Shown: in pieces, positions 47,764 to 59,757 of the stretch
Numbering within the stretch: the stretch's first letter is position 1
How the letters are laid out: each line of letters begins with the position of its first letter
NCBI GenBank assembly: GCA_964270895.1
Contig: OZ185445.1
DNA from: Podarcis filfolensis
Lineage: Eukaryota
DNA: 64,000 nt
Direction: 5' to 3' (one strand)
The notes under the pieces: generated by a model
Databases searched by the model: none
What the model was told of the DNA's origin: nothing
What the model saw: only the letters and a program-made list of their open reading frames with translations
Position numbers and translations under genes: made by a program

Positions 47764-48111
47764 CAGGGCCAGCCCACCCATGAGGTAAGATGAGGTGACT
47801 GCTTTGGGTGGCAGGATCCACAGAGGCAGCAGATCCAGTTTCTAAGGAATGTATTACCCGCCACTGCTGCCACTGTGGCAATGACAGCTGTGGCACGTTC
47901 CTTGGAGGCTGGTTCTGCCATCTCCTCAGCAACCCCCTCCCCTCCAATGCTGCCTCTACAGTGGCCTCTTGGTGAACAGGAGGCACTCCTGGCCTCCTCC
48001 TACCCTTGTTCCTAATGTAGATCTTCGCTAGCCCTTTCTTCCCTGGTGTGGAGGGCGGGGGCACCATTTTGTGGTTTGCCTCAGGTGCCAAAATGCCTTG
48101 AGCTGGCCCTG
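47764..48111. mobile_element. Non-autonomous hAT-like element (CAGGGCC termini)
   Basis: TIRs cagggccagc / gctggccctg. Degraded TSD ctgagaat / ctaggagt (5/8). Confidence 0.65.
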
Positions 48112-49604
48112 CTAGGAGTGAATTCCACTCAACTCAGTGGTACCTCCTTCCAATAAAACATTCACATAGCTGTTGAGTTAGGTGGGACCCCAGTGTTAAA
48201 CAATGTTTGCTCAGCGACCTCACTAATCACCTCTATGAATAAAATATCACCATCTATCCTAGGAAGGGAAATATTGAAAAATTGAACCCACATGGTCTTC
48301 CACAAATCAGTTGGCTAGATATCTGAATGAATGTACAAATGAATGAGGTTTCGTTTTTCTTGTTCTCTGCATTTTACAGGAAGGAGAACAAATGGCTGCA
48401 TAACTATTGGTTTTATGACCGTATAAAGATCAAAATACCTCTGATCCCAAGGAGGCGGATGAGGGGCAATAGTTGTTCCATTACGTTAGCCATATTACAG
48501 ATAATGCCCATCTGGCATTCTGTTATTGTAGTATATTGTTTCTAAATCACTTTAGTTTAATGACTGAAATATGAACAGTTCCATATATTAAATCTAATTT
48601 GAATTGTCACATGTAACAGCTGCTTGACACTGGCATATCAGTTTCTGCAGATACGGAACGATTATTCCTAATCCAATGTCTTGCTCTGTAACTTGTTACA
48701 GTACCAGAAATGAACTCAGCCGTGCATTTCATGACATTTCTGTGTGGAGCTATTTGTATTCTGAATGACTAGAAAAATAAAGCCTCTCTGTGAAAGCGAA
48801 GAGCTTTGGCCATTGCACAAACTTTTGTTAATCCCTCAGGGTTTACAAGTACATGGGCCAATTGTGAGAGTTCTACTATGTTTATTACCGTACGAAAATG
48901 TTGTTAATTCTTTGAGGTGGAACCAGTCCAAACTGCCTCATCCTGGACTGCAGAATCAACATTTCTAACATAAGGAACATCGCAGAACTGTGATAATGCA
49001 CAACATTTCAGTATAAAATGTTAATAAGAAGATTATCATTCTTCTTTTGGTCTTGTTCTTATGTTTGAGCATTAAGGAGGAACTCATAAATGGCTCGATA
49101 GAAGTTGCTTAAACTTTTAAAAACCATAGTGTTGAAAATCATATTATCTTGACTATGGCCAAAATTCCCCATTTAATGGTGTTTTTCTACCTGTTAATGA
49201 AATGCAGATAACGATTAATAGAAATGCCTCTCCATCTAGTAACATGAGGTTGACCTCAGTCTCCCTCAAAGTTAATGTTTAGATGCTTTGATTCAAGGCC
49301 AGATCTAGGGCTCATGCAGTAGTGATTTAAATCTGTCTTCTTTAGGATTATGTTCTCAAGCCACTTTGAGGACTGAGTTTAAACCAACTTCTACTTTCAT
49401 CTTTCAGAAGTATCAGTAGTTGGGAATTGTACTGAAGCATGATATCCAAATTTTACCACCACTCAGTTTGATGGAAAGAAAATTATGCAGTGTTCCTGTC
49501 AGTTTCAAATCTCAGTTATTTGGTTAGCTACGACAGAAAGAGTATTCTGAGACAGCAGTTCATGTCTGTAAGACAGAAGAATAACAAAGCATTAGATCCT
49601 ATTA

Positions 49605-49951
49605 AAGGTAAAGGGACCCCTGACCATTAGGTCCAGTTGTGACCGACTCTGGGGTTGCGGTGCTCATCTCGCTTTATGGGCCGAGGGAGCCGGCATACAG
49701 CTTCCGGGTCATGTGGCCAGCATGACTAAGCCGCTTCTGGCGAACCAGAGCAGCGCACAGCAACGCCGTTTACCTTCCCGCTGGAGCGGTACCTATTTAT
49801 CTACTTGCATTTTCTGCTTTCGAACTGCTAGGTTGGCAGGAGCTGGGACCGAACAACGGGAGCTCACCCTGTCGCGGGGATTTGAACTGCCGACCTTCTG
49901 ATCGGCAAGACCTAGGCTCTGTGGTTTAACCCACAGCGCCACCTGTGTCCC
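49605..49951 (-). mobile_element. Sauria SINE, full length, with 46-bp flanking duplication
   Basis: Reverse complement of the 1819 family. Flanks 49559-49604 and 49953-49998 match at 43/46. Confidence 0.93.
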
Positions 49952-50090
49952 ATTCATGTCTGTAGGACACAAGAATAACACAGCATTAGATCCTATTAGG
50001 AGATGTTAAAGCAGCTCATGCTTTGCGATCTCTACCAGATGGATTCATAGTCAAGTTATTTCCTGAATCACCTCTTTACATTAATGTGAT

Positions 50091-50270
50091 TAGGAACACA
50101 GGAAGCTGAGTCGGCCAATTGAGCCATCTAGCTAAGTATTGTCTGCACTGGCTGGCAGCAGCTCTCCAGGGTTTTAGACACAGAGTCTTTTCCAAACATA
50201 CCTGATGATGGCAGGAATCAAATCTGAGACCTGTGTGCAAAGCAGATACTCTCCCACTGACCTATGACCT
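50091..50270 (-). mobile_element. tRNA-headed SINE (same family as 3610 and 16206)
   Basis: taggaacacaggaagctg...ccatctagctaagtattgtctgcactggctggcagcagctctccagggttt...gcaaagcagatactctcccactga. Confidence 0.7.
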
Positions 50271-50929
50271 CCACGGAGCTTGTTTTGAGGGCTGACATTC
50301 AATTAGATCAAAGTGAGTTACCTGCTTTGCTACCTAAGGATCCCTGATCTAGAATCAGGTTGCCTATAGACGATTTAGCGCTAGGTTCCCCATGAGCATG
50401 TGCTGTACAGTGGGCAGGAACCAGCTGCCTCCCAGCTGTGCTCTGCTCCTGAGATGGAGATTTGATTGAATGAAACATTTGACATAAGACAAGGGGAAGA
50501 GGTGTTCCAAAATGCCGTGTGATGCTAACCCTAAGCAGACTATTTTATTGGGGTTGTTATACCACCCTTCTTTATATGTATTTTAGGACTATTCCAGTAA
50601 CCGCTCAAAAGATTAATTGGCAGGGGGAGGTCTGTGAGAACTGTCGCCCCTGGCACAGGTTTTTTGGGGGGCAGGGGGGGCACATCACAGCACCCTGCCC
50701 CGTTGTGAGCTGTCGAGTCCTTCTCAGTGCCCTCCAGCTGGGGGGGGGGGGAAGCTGAGAAAGACACTACAGGCATGCAACTTGGGCCCTGTGGGTCACG
50801 GGGATATGCTGCTCTTTGTCCCATAGGAGGAAAGATATCAGATTTTCTCCCTGAGAAGCAGGGAGAAGGGAGGGGTTGGGTGGTGGGACAGAACAACTTG
50901 TAGCTGAAAAACTGTCAGAAAGGGTCAAG

Positions 50930-50930
<1 letters not shown>

Positions 50931-50970
<40 letters not shown>
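50931..50970. repeat. (AC)20 microsatellite
   Basis: Direct read; abuts the Rex1 tail. Confidence 0.95.
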
Positions 50971-50971
<1 letters not shown>

Positions 50972-50972
<1 letters not shown>

Positions 50973-51330
50973 CAATACAATAATCTTTATTGTCATTGTC
51001 CTATACAGAACAACGAAATTGAAAAAATCTAAATCAGACATTCAAAAACCAACAAGCCTGCAATCCCAACTATCCCAGCCTGGTTAGCCCCTAAAAACTC
51101 TGATACCCCACAATTGAATACAATATACTCACATAGAAACTACCTTCCACTGCGTTTAAAACTAAAATTGCATTTGGATAGAAACTGTTTCTCAGGTGGC
51201 TAATCCTAGTCTTTATAACCCTGTACCTTCTTCCAGAAGGCAGAAGTTGAAAGAGATCATTTCCGGGGTGCGCACTATCCCGCACTATCTCTGCAGCTTT
51301 CTTGTGGCACCTGGAAGCATAGATTAGATC
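50972..51330 (-). mobile_element. Rex1/Babar-clade LINE 3' end
   Basis: ORF 51091..51339 contains RDSAHPGNDLFQLLPSGRRYRVIKTRISHLRNSFYPNAILVLN, matching the Rex1 C-terminal pattern DPSHPxxxLFxLLPSGRRYRSxxxRTxRxxNSFFPxAIRxLN. Tail caataaagattattgtattg. Confidence 0.85.
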
Positions 51331-51987
51331 CACACACATACATAGTGATGGCTTTTCACTTTTTATTGCACACCATTGATTTTATGGGAAATGATGGAAT
51401 CACAGCATTTACAGTCCAGTGGCTGCAGTTGCATTTTGCATACCCTCTCCCATTCTTACCTTTGGATCCAGGACGTCAAAACACCAGGAGCGGAAGCAAA
51501 AGGGAAAAGGAGTGGTGGCAGGGGCAGTGCCACGCCTCTCCTTTGCTGGGCTCCAGCATGCGAGGGAGGCGAGGACAGCTCCTGTGGGGAGATCATCCTT
51601 GCAGCGCTGGGGGCTCAGGCAGTGGAAGGGCCAGAGGTGCAACATTCAGGGCCGGGCTTTAGTGTCGGCAGCCTCTCCTCTTAGGGGAACTCTCCAGCAG
51701 CCACTACGAGCTGCCCAAGGGAGGAAGTTGGCAAGAGCAGCTATGGAGATGCAACAGGATGCTCCCTCACAGCTGCTGATTGGGGCAAATGCTGGCTCAT
51801 CTTCCCCTCCAAGCTCAGAAGCTGTGGTGCTGGAGGGGGACATTCCCAGATCCAAACAGAAGCCAGTAATCCTTCTGTGAATCCAGGAGTGTCCCACTGA
51901 AAATGGGGCAGTTGGAGGGTATGATTTTGTGGAAGAAAGGAAAAAAATGGTGGAAAGAAGCACCCTCTGATTGTGTATCGTTGATAG

Positions 51988-52326
51988 GTAAGGGGACCCC
52001 TGACCATTAGGTCCAGTCGTGGCCGACTCTGGGGTTGTGGCACTCATCTCGCTTTATTGGCCGAGGGAGCTGGCGTACAGCTTCCGGGTAATGTGGCCAG
52101 CATGACTAAGTCGCTTCTGGCGAACCAGAGCAGCACACGGAAATGCTGTTTACCTTCCCGCTGGAGCGGTACCTATTCATCTACTTGCACTTTGATGTGC
52201 TTTCAAACTGCTAGGTTGGCAGGAGCAGGGACCGAGCAACGGGAGCTCACCCTGTCGCAGGGATTTGAACCGCCGACCTTCTGATCGGCAAGCCCTAGGC
52301 TCTGTGGTTTAACCCACAGCGCCACC
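51988..52326 (-). mobile_element. Sauria SINE, near full length
   Basis: Reverse complement of the 1819 family. TSD tgtgtatcgttgatag / tgtgtattgtggatag (14/16). Confidence 0.92.
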
Positions 52327-52396
52327 TGTGTATTGTGGATAGTTTGGCTCTAAATTGTTCATTCCAGCAGCGCAGAAGTGTTCTTCTGTAAACCCA

Positions 52397-52575
52397 GAAT
52401 AAGATGGATTAGGACAACAGCCTATCTAGTCCAGCACTCTGTTCTCACATTGACCGACCAATGCCCATGGAAAGTCCTCAAGCAAAAGTTGAGCACAACA
52501 GCGCTCTCCTTACCTGTGACTCCCATTAACTGGTATTCAGAAGCACACTGTCATGATGGCCCCATTAGTCCATGC
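52397..52575 (-). mobile_element. CR1-type LINE 3' end fragment
   Basis: cctatctagtccagcactctgttctcacattgaccgaccaatgcc; homologous to 14802-14990. Another piece lies at about 53975-54085. Confidence 0.55.
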
Positions 52576-53403
52576 CTCTGTCAGCAACCCTGCAAAAGGA
52601 AGCAGGATTTTTTTTTAAAAGAAGAACCTTCATAATCGTTAGCCTTGCCTGCTTTGTTATGGCTCCTTTAACATGAATGAGAAAAAGCATCTCCACCGAG
52701 CTAGCCTCATGTTCATTACTCATGCTAATGTGAAACACTGCGCAATGAAAGAGCTTGGCATACCTCAGCCGATTTTCTGCTACAACAGTGTTTTCAGCTG
52801 CATCTCATTTATGGAAATGAAACAGGCCAGAACTACTGGCACCAAGTAATTAGTCTTCTGCCCAGGAGGGGCTTGATTGCATTTTCCCCAGCTACCTTCC
52901 AGCCTTTTCCTGGAGGCTTGATATTGCAAATGCCAATGTCGCCGCAAGGCACTCTTGCTTTTCAAACTGGATCCCCCTGGCAGGTTCAGCCTGTGTAATT
53001 AACAAATGAAATATGGAGCAAGGAGCAAAGTGATTTTGGCAAGCCTGTTGCTGTGCAAATCTAACGTTGAGCAAGAATCAATGTATAAAAATATCAAGGC
53101 AAACTCTTTCCTCTTTAACTCGGGATTAATTAGGTGGCTGGTGCCGAGCTAGTGTTGGAGAAATGAGAAAGAGATCATAAGCTAATCTCTTCGTCTCTTT
53201 CCTTATCCAAGTTTCGCCTGAACTGCAACAACAATGAAGGCAGAATCAGGGCCTATGATGCTAACACCTGGTCCTAAATGGGTTTGTTTGAACTTAAGCA
53301 CGGAGTTCAGCACACATTACTTTGTTACAAGTGTGCTTTCTATAGCAGCTGAAGAGAATGAGTTGGATCCAGAACTTGCTTCCCATGGAAATCAATTGGA
53401 GTT

Positions 53404-53749
53404 GGTGGCGCTGTGGGTTAAACCACAGAGCCTAGGGCTTGCTGATCAGAAGGTCGGCGGTTCGAATCCCCATGACGGGGTGAGCTCCCGTTGCTCAGTC
53501 CCAGCTCCTGCCAACCTAGCAGTTCGAAAGCACATCAAAGTGCAAGTAGATAAATAGGTACCACTCTGGCGGAAAGGTAAATGGCGTTTCTGTGCGCTGC
53601 TCTGGTTTGCCAGAAGTGGCTCAGTCATGCTGGCCACATGACCCGGAAGCAGTACACTGGCTCCCTTGGCCGATAATGCGAGATGAGCGCCGCAACTCCA
53701 GAGTCGGTCACAACTGGACCTAATGGTCAGGGGTCCCTTTACCTTTACC
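53404..53749 (+). mobile_element. Sauria SINE
   Basis: ggtggcgctgtgggttaaaccacagagcc ... ggtcaggggtccctttacctttacc. No clear TSD. Confidence 0.92.
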
Positions 53750-54564
53750 ATGGCCAACCTGCCCCACTGGTTTCAGTGGGATTGGTCTGGATTAAATATA
53801 ATGGGTAGTATTCAACTAAATTTACTCCATTGAAATTGATGGGCCTAACTTAGTCATATTCATTGATTTCATTGGTTCTGCCCTGAGCAAAGCATGGTTG
53901 AATACATCCAACGAATATTGGATGTATTGAGTGGAAGAGGAACCTGTGGACCATCATTTCCATTTTCTTTCTGTGGCATATTACCAAATGCCTGCTCTGA
54001 CAGTGGAAGTAGAGCATCTGAAAGTGGAAGCAGAGCATAGCCATTGTGGCTAGTAGCCCTTGATACCTTTATCCTCCGTGCTTGCCTTGACTCATGCGAC
54101 AAGTTATGCTAAATAATACAGACAGCTCAACACAAGGTCCATGACCCCATGGCGAGTACAGAGTCTAGACTGCTTCTCTCCACCACTACCACCAGATAGT
54201 TTGCATTCTGCTTTTTAAAACTTAAATCTTGTTCTCTTTGTACAAAGGCACCATTGTGCTAAATCAGCCAGGTAAAAATATGAAACATTCTGGCTGATTT
54301 CCATCACGTTGTCCATGGGGGAGTAATGGTATTTGGCTGATCTTCTACAAAACACCCAAAGGGTTCAAAACGAAAGGGGAGAGGGTTTTTAGGATTTTGG
54401 CAACACACACACACACACACACAAATGGGCACGCTTACCTGAACACTAACCTAAGAAGCATGGAGATGGAAAGATGGGAGATAATGAGTTTTTCCCTCTG
54501 TAAGGTTTTGTTAAAGCTTTGTCACAATACAATAAGATAAAAAAACCTAATCTAAATAAAAACA

Positions 54565-54565
54565 A

Positions 54566-54617
<52 letters not shown>

Positions 54618-54619
54618 AA
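54565..54619. repeat. (AAAG)n microsatellite
   Basis: Direct read. Confidence 0.95.
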
Positions 54620-54657
54620 ACAAACACAGAGTCCTTTCTCAAAGGTAGCTCTTAACC

Positions 54658-54905
54658 CATGGGTAGGCAAACTAAGGCCCGGGTGCCGGATGCGTCCCAA
54701 TCGCTTTCTCAATCCGGCCTGCAGACTGTCCAGGAATCAGTGTGTTTTTGCATGAGTAGAATGTGTCCTCTTATTTAAAATGCATCTCTGGGTTATTTGT
54801 GGGGCATAGGAATTTGTTAAATCCCCCCCACATATAGTTTGCCCCGCCTCAAGGTCTGAGGGACAGTGGACTGGCCCCCTGCTAAAAAAGTTTGCTGACT
54901 CCAGG
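54658..54905 (-). mobile_element. Non-autonomous hAT-Charlie element (inverted copy of 6484)
   Basis: Aligns with the reverse complement of 6484-6733. TSD tcttaacc / acttaacc (7/8). Confidence 0.88.
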
Positions 54906-55291
54906 ACTTAACCTTTGTCATGCACAGAAAGTGGAGGATGCTCCCAGCTGTCACCTGGGAGCTTTCCTTTCTGCTCCCATTCTCTCACCCTGGGAGATCT
55001 TCCCTTCCCTGATTTTCACACAGGGGAAGATGGGCGATAGTATGGAAAGGGAGGGAAGGGGTGGGGTGGGAAGGAGGAAGAAATCATTTCCCTCAGAGCC
55101 CTGTGATTGATAACTCAATGGAGCTTGTGAGGTGGTGCAATGCCTCCTTAAAGAGGAGCTGTGGGTTGCAAAACAATCCAGAAGAGAGGGATTAATGGAG
55201 ACAAGAACAGGCAACACAGTAAGAGCAGCACAGGTTAATTCTAGCAACAACAGATTGTGTGAAAAGGGGCCAGTCTCAATTTAGCTCTGAT

Positions 55292-55875
55292 CCAAGAATG
55301 TTAGAATTGGAAGGCACCATAAGAGTCGCCTAGTTCATTCCCCTGCAATGCAGGAATCTCGGTTAAAGCATACATGGCAGATGGCCATCCAACCTCTACT
55401 TTGAAACCTCCAAGGAAGGAGAGTCCACCGCCTCCCTAGGGAGTCTGCTCCACTGCCAAACAGCTCTCACTGTCAGAAAGTTCTTCCTGATGTTTAGTCA
55501 GAATCTCCTTTCTTGAAGGCATTGGTTTGGGTGCTATCCTCCAGAGCAGGAGAAAGCAAGCTTGCTCCATCTTCCATGTGACAGCGCTTTAGATGTTTGA
55601 AGATGGCCATCATATCTCCTCTCAGTCTCCTCTTTACCAAGCTACATACCCAACTTCCTGAACTGTTCCTCACAAGGCTTGGTTTCCAGACCCTTCATTT
55701 CCTTGGCTGCTGTCCTCTCTACACATTCCAGCTTGTCAATTCCAGCTTTGTAAATTGTGTCCAGAACTGGACACAGTATTCCAGGCGTGGCCTGACTAAG
55801 GCAGAATAAAGTGGAGCTACTACTTCCCTCGATCAAGACACTATATTTCTGTTGATGCAGCAAATCATGGCCCAA
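55292..55875 (-). mobile_element. CR1 LINE 3' end (RT C-terminus plus 3' UTR), 5'-truncated and frameshifted
   Basis: ORF 55642..55995 contains [33 protein letters not shown], matching CR1 DIDKLERVQRRATKMIKGLExxxYEERLRELG. A second frame gives YCVQFWT-like sequence. Confidence 0.9.
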
Positions 55876-56078
55876 CTTCATTAGAATCTTTTCAGGGTCA
55901 TAAGTGCAGGCTACTCCAGCTGCCCTGTGGAAGCCCTGAGGAAAGAAATTGCACAAGATCAGGTACAAAGATGCTCTCATACAGTTCCCATTCATGTCAG
56001 TAAAACTTGTGCAAGAGAAATCCCTGTACTGTGAAGTTCAGACTTGCTTAGATCTTTATATATCAGTATCCTTGAAAA

Positions 56079-56081
<3 letters not shown>

Positions 56082-56146
<65 letters not shown>
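56082..56146. repeat. (CT)n microsatellite
   Basis: Direct read. Confidence 0.95.
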
Positions 56147-56703
56147 ATCCAGCTCACAGAGACAAAAGAATCATGCTAGAGTTATCCTAATCTGTATTCT
56201 CAAGCAGTGTGATAAAGAAAAACTTTCTAAAGCAGAAAGGGGATACCTTAAAGCCAAGTGTGATGCAGATATTCCTGAAAATACTAACCAAGAAAGAAAA
56301 AGGGAAGGTTGCATGGGAATCTCTCACACCTGACATCCCTGATAACAGAGTCCTAGTATTCAAAGGCAGTTTAGTGCCCAATGGACGCTAAGGTGTGTTA
56401 TGTGTCTTATTTTACAGAGCACAATCCTGTATTTGTCAAAGGACCAGCTTCTATTTGAAAGTGTTTAGTATTTGAAGGGCTTTCTGGTCCAAGTCCAGTT
56501 TAAAGATATAGAGCAGGGTCCTTGACATTCTCCGGTTAGCATCTAGATGATAGATAGACTGAGCGGGTGTGCAGATCAAAGTCTTCTCCAATACGCTGTG
56601 ATGCATTCTTTTTAAACTACAGTAGCTGTGTCTCAATTTTCATCCATATGCATGATATGAATATATATATGCAAATCTACCTTTTTGGGGGGGTATGTGT
56701 GTG

Positions 56704-56836
56704 TGATGTGGGGAACCTTTGGCTCTCCAGATGTAGCTGAACTACATCTTCCATCAACCCCAAGCCAGCATGACCAATATACAAAGCTGATGGGAGTTGT
56801 AGTTCAACAAGATTTGGAGAGCCATTTGTTCCCTCC
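56704..56836. mobile_element. Palindromic hAT-derived MITE, older copy
   Basis: ggggaacctttggctctccagatgtagctgaactaca ... tgtagttcaacaagatttggagagccatttgttccc. Confidence 0.65.
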
Positions 56837-58085
56837 AAATGGAAGCACGAGGGTGGCTGGGAATGTACTTGACCAGAGACTATGCTAAACTCTGCATTGT
56901 GCAGGTAGCACAAGTAGGCTGTGCATTAAATGAAATGGAAATTTGTGAAAAAGATAGCAATTTAGGCATAGGAGGTGTTGTCAGACCTAAGCCTAGGATC
57001 GATAGATTTATTTATTGTTTAACATTGGTAAAAATGTCTCAAAGCTGAAGGGTGAAATTCATGCTTTAGGTGGCAGGAGACATTTCTGAAATCAACATCA
57101 GAATGGTGTGCTGTAAACGGCCACCTTTTACTTAACAACCTGGGTTGGAAATTCCATTTTATAAGGCAGCACCTTCTATATTCTCTGTATTCTGCCCCAC
57201 TTTATAAATGGGCCATTCCTATCGCTTACCAGTATGTTCCATACACTGTGATAGTTACCTTTATAATTCTCCTGTTTTGCTCAACTCCATATACAACCCA
57301 GCACTTATTCCAGCCCCCCCCCCCCCGCCAAAGTAACTATGTGTATGAGGGTTTTGTTTTGTTTTTTAATAGGTGCTGGCAGTGGAAAAGTTCACACCTG
57401 GAACAACAACAGGCAGGTTGTTTTTGGCATCTGATAAACACATCCTAGAAGGGATTGCTTTTTTTGGATGGAGTTTGTTTTCATGTCGAAATGTTCCATA
57501 CTGTTGATGGATCCCTTCTGCCATCTTGCTTGCTTGTTCTCCTGACGCCTACACAACCGAAAACCCTCACGCTTCTCTCGGTGCAATTAAAACAGGTGCG
57601 CTGCTTGATGTGATGTATTCAAAAAATTTAGTCAAATGAGAAGAGGACTGAATAGGTTCACATTCACTTGTTTGCAGCCAGGCACGTCAACTGATGGGGT
57701 GAAATGAACTGTGCCGAGTAGGTCACCTGGATTAGATTGATAACACCCTCCTGTGACTAAGTGCCTTCTTTTTGCATTAAGTAAACATGCTTCTTAATTT
57801 ATAGCATTACTTCCCAGTGCAATGCCTCGATCACTGCTTGTGCAATTGCTGTTACAGCTTGTTTCTGGGAAGAACACTGGGGCATCTTATTTGCCTCAGG
57901 ATAAAATTCATCACAAGAGTGAAGGGGAGGGTGAATATAAAACCTAAGTTCTGTTTACTTACTTTGCTGGGCTAGGCATGTGGTCTCGTATTTGTTAGAT
58001 TTGCTTATGGCTTGGGTTAGACCCTGTAAAAACTAGGGCTCTAATAAATGTTTGCTCATTTTTTCTTTAACAATATAGTGCTTCA

Positions 58086-58677
58086 CATCACAGCCAGACA
58101 CTGGAGAGACCTGCCAGGAGTAAGCATGGACCAATGGTACCAAATAGTATGGGAAACAGCCCTACTAGAAAAATTAACCAATAAACTGAAGCTGACACGG
58201 GGACAAATAGAAGAAGATACCTTCACCCCGGTATGGCTCCCCTTTATCACATACACAGCCCAACAAGACAACGACAAAAACCCACCAACAGCATACAAAT
58301 CAATATGGCTAACCTGATCCAAAACACCCACCTACCCCACTCACACATGAAAACAAAGACCACCACAGCCAACCACAAATGAACAACCACACCCTAGGCC
58401 AACCCCAACCTCTCTCGCCACCAAAGGAACACAAGTGAACAGCAAAGAACCTGCAGAAGCAACGCTGACACCAAACCCTACATACAGTAAAATAGAAACA
58501 TCGCCACCCGACCCCACCCCCATCTCCCCCTCCACCTCTTCCCCCCTTTTCTTCCTAATGTCTCAACAAATGAAACTGATTTGTAAAAATGTTACATGGG
58601 AAAAAAAATACGATAGCGAGACATTGCACACACTTTTGTAAATCAAGAAAATCTTTAATAAAAAACAGAAACAAAAA
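58086..58677 (+). mobile_element. L1/Tx1-type LINE 3' end with 3' UTR and polyA
   Basis: ORF 58048..58317 contains ITARHWRDLPGVSMDQWYQIVWETALLEKLT...FTPVWLPFITY. AATAAA plus A-tail at about 58658-58679. 17-bp TSD aacaatatagtgcttca / aacaacatagtgtttca (15/17). Confidence 0.85.
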
Positions 58678-58744
58678 AACAACATAGTGTTTCAGAGGAG
58701 GTCAAAATGTTACCCTCCAAAAATATCCTTGCTTACTGCCTTTC

Positions 58745-58880
58745 AGACTCATAGAATGGTAGAGTTGGAACGGACCATGAGGTCATCTAGTCCAAAATCT
58801 CCTTCACTGCAGGAATCTTTCATCTGTGGGGATTGAACCCATGACCTGCGATAAAGAGTCTCATGCTCTACTGACTGGGT
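58745..58880 (-). mobile_element. tRNA-Lys/CR1-tail SINE (Squam2/POMSINE-like)
   Basis: Reverse complement of the 4116 family (catagaatggtagagttggaacggaccatgaggtcatctagtcc...gagtctcatgctctactgactg). Confidence 0.72.
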
Positions 58881-59167
58881 TGTGTAGGATTGTGGCCACT
58901 GTCCAACTCCCAAGCCTCACAGATTCACCTGATCTTGTGCACAGAGATTTATCCTTATTCAAGCTATATACTATACATACTCTGCCCACTTTGTCTGTAC
59001 TTCAGAAGGAAAAAAACAAAAACAGTGTTGTAGTGGTAGCAACAACAGAAGTGTGTGTGTGTGTGTGTGTAGGTGGCAGTGAGTGAGAGAGAGAGGGGAG
59101 AAAGAATAGAGGAAGAGAAGAAAGTTCTTTGCATGTAAGTTTTCCCTAAGACCCAGTATCTATCTCA

Positions 59168-59337
59168 AGAAGAAGAGAAGAAGAGTTTTGGATTTGATAT
59201 CTCGCTTTATCACTACCCGAAGGAGTCTCAAAGTGGCTAACAACCTCCTTTCCCTTCCTCCCCCACAACAAACACTGTGAGGTGAGCGAGGCTGAGAGAC
59301 TTCAGAGAAGTGTGACTAGCCCAAGGTCACCCAGCAG
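59168..59337 (-). mobile_element. MIR/Ther1-derived SINE, 5'-truncated
   Basis: Reverse complement of the 3' half of 33928-34174. Confidence 0.8.
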
Positions 59338-59757
59338 TGGTTTGCAAACTCCCTCCCGCCATGGGAACATTGCTGTGGGTTTTGGTGGGCAACTTAATTA
59401 TCTTTCTGCCCATTGTTGCAATTGCAATGCACTGTGCTAGATGCTGTAAGATTTCTAATTGTTATTTTTACAGGCCAGCCATGGACCACCTGAATGAAGC
59501 TCATGAACTGCTGCTGGTCTGCAGACCACAGTTTGGGAACCCCCAGTTCAGAAGATTTTAAATCAAAGGATTCTCTAAGTGGTGGGCAAATAAAATTGTA
59601 GTTAAAACAGCGCTAAAATCCACAAAGAAATTAAACACACACACAAAATAATAATTAAAACACAGATAAAACCAGTAAGCCATCTAAAATGAATGCATGT
59701 CTGTGTAGGCTTACCAAAATAAAAATATTTTCAGCAGGATAATACTAATAGTAATAC

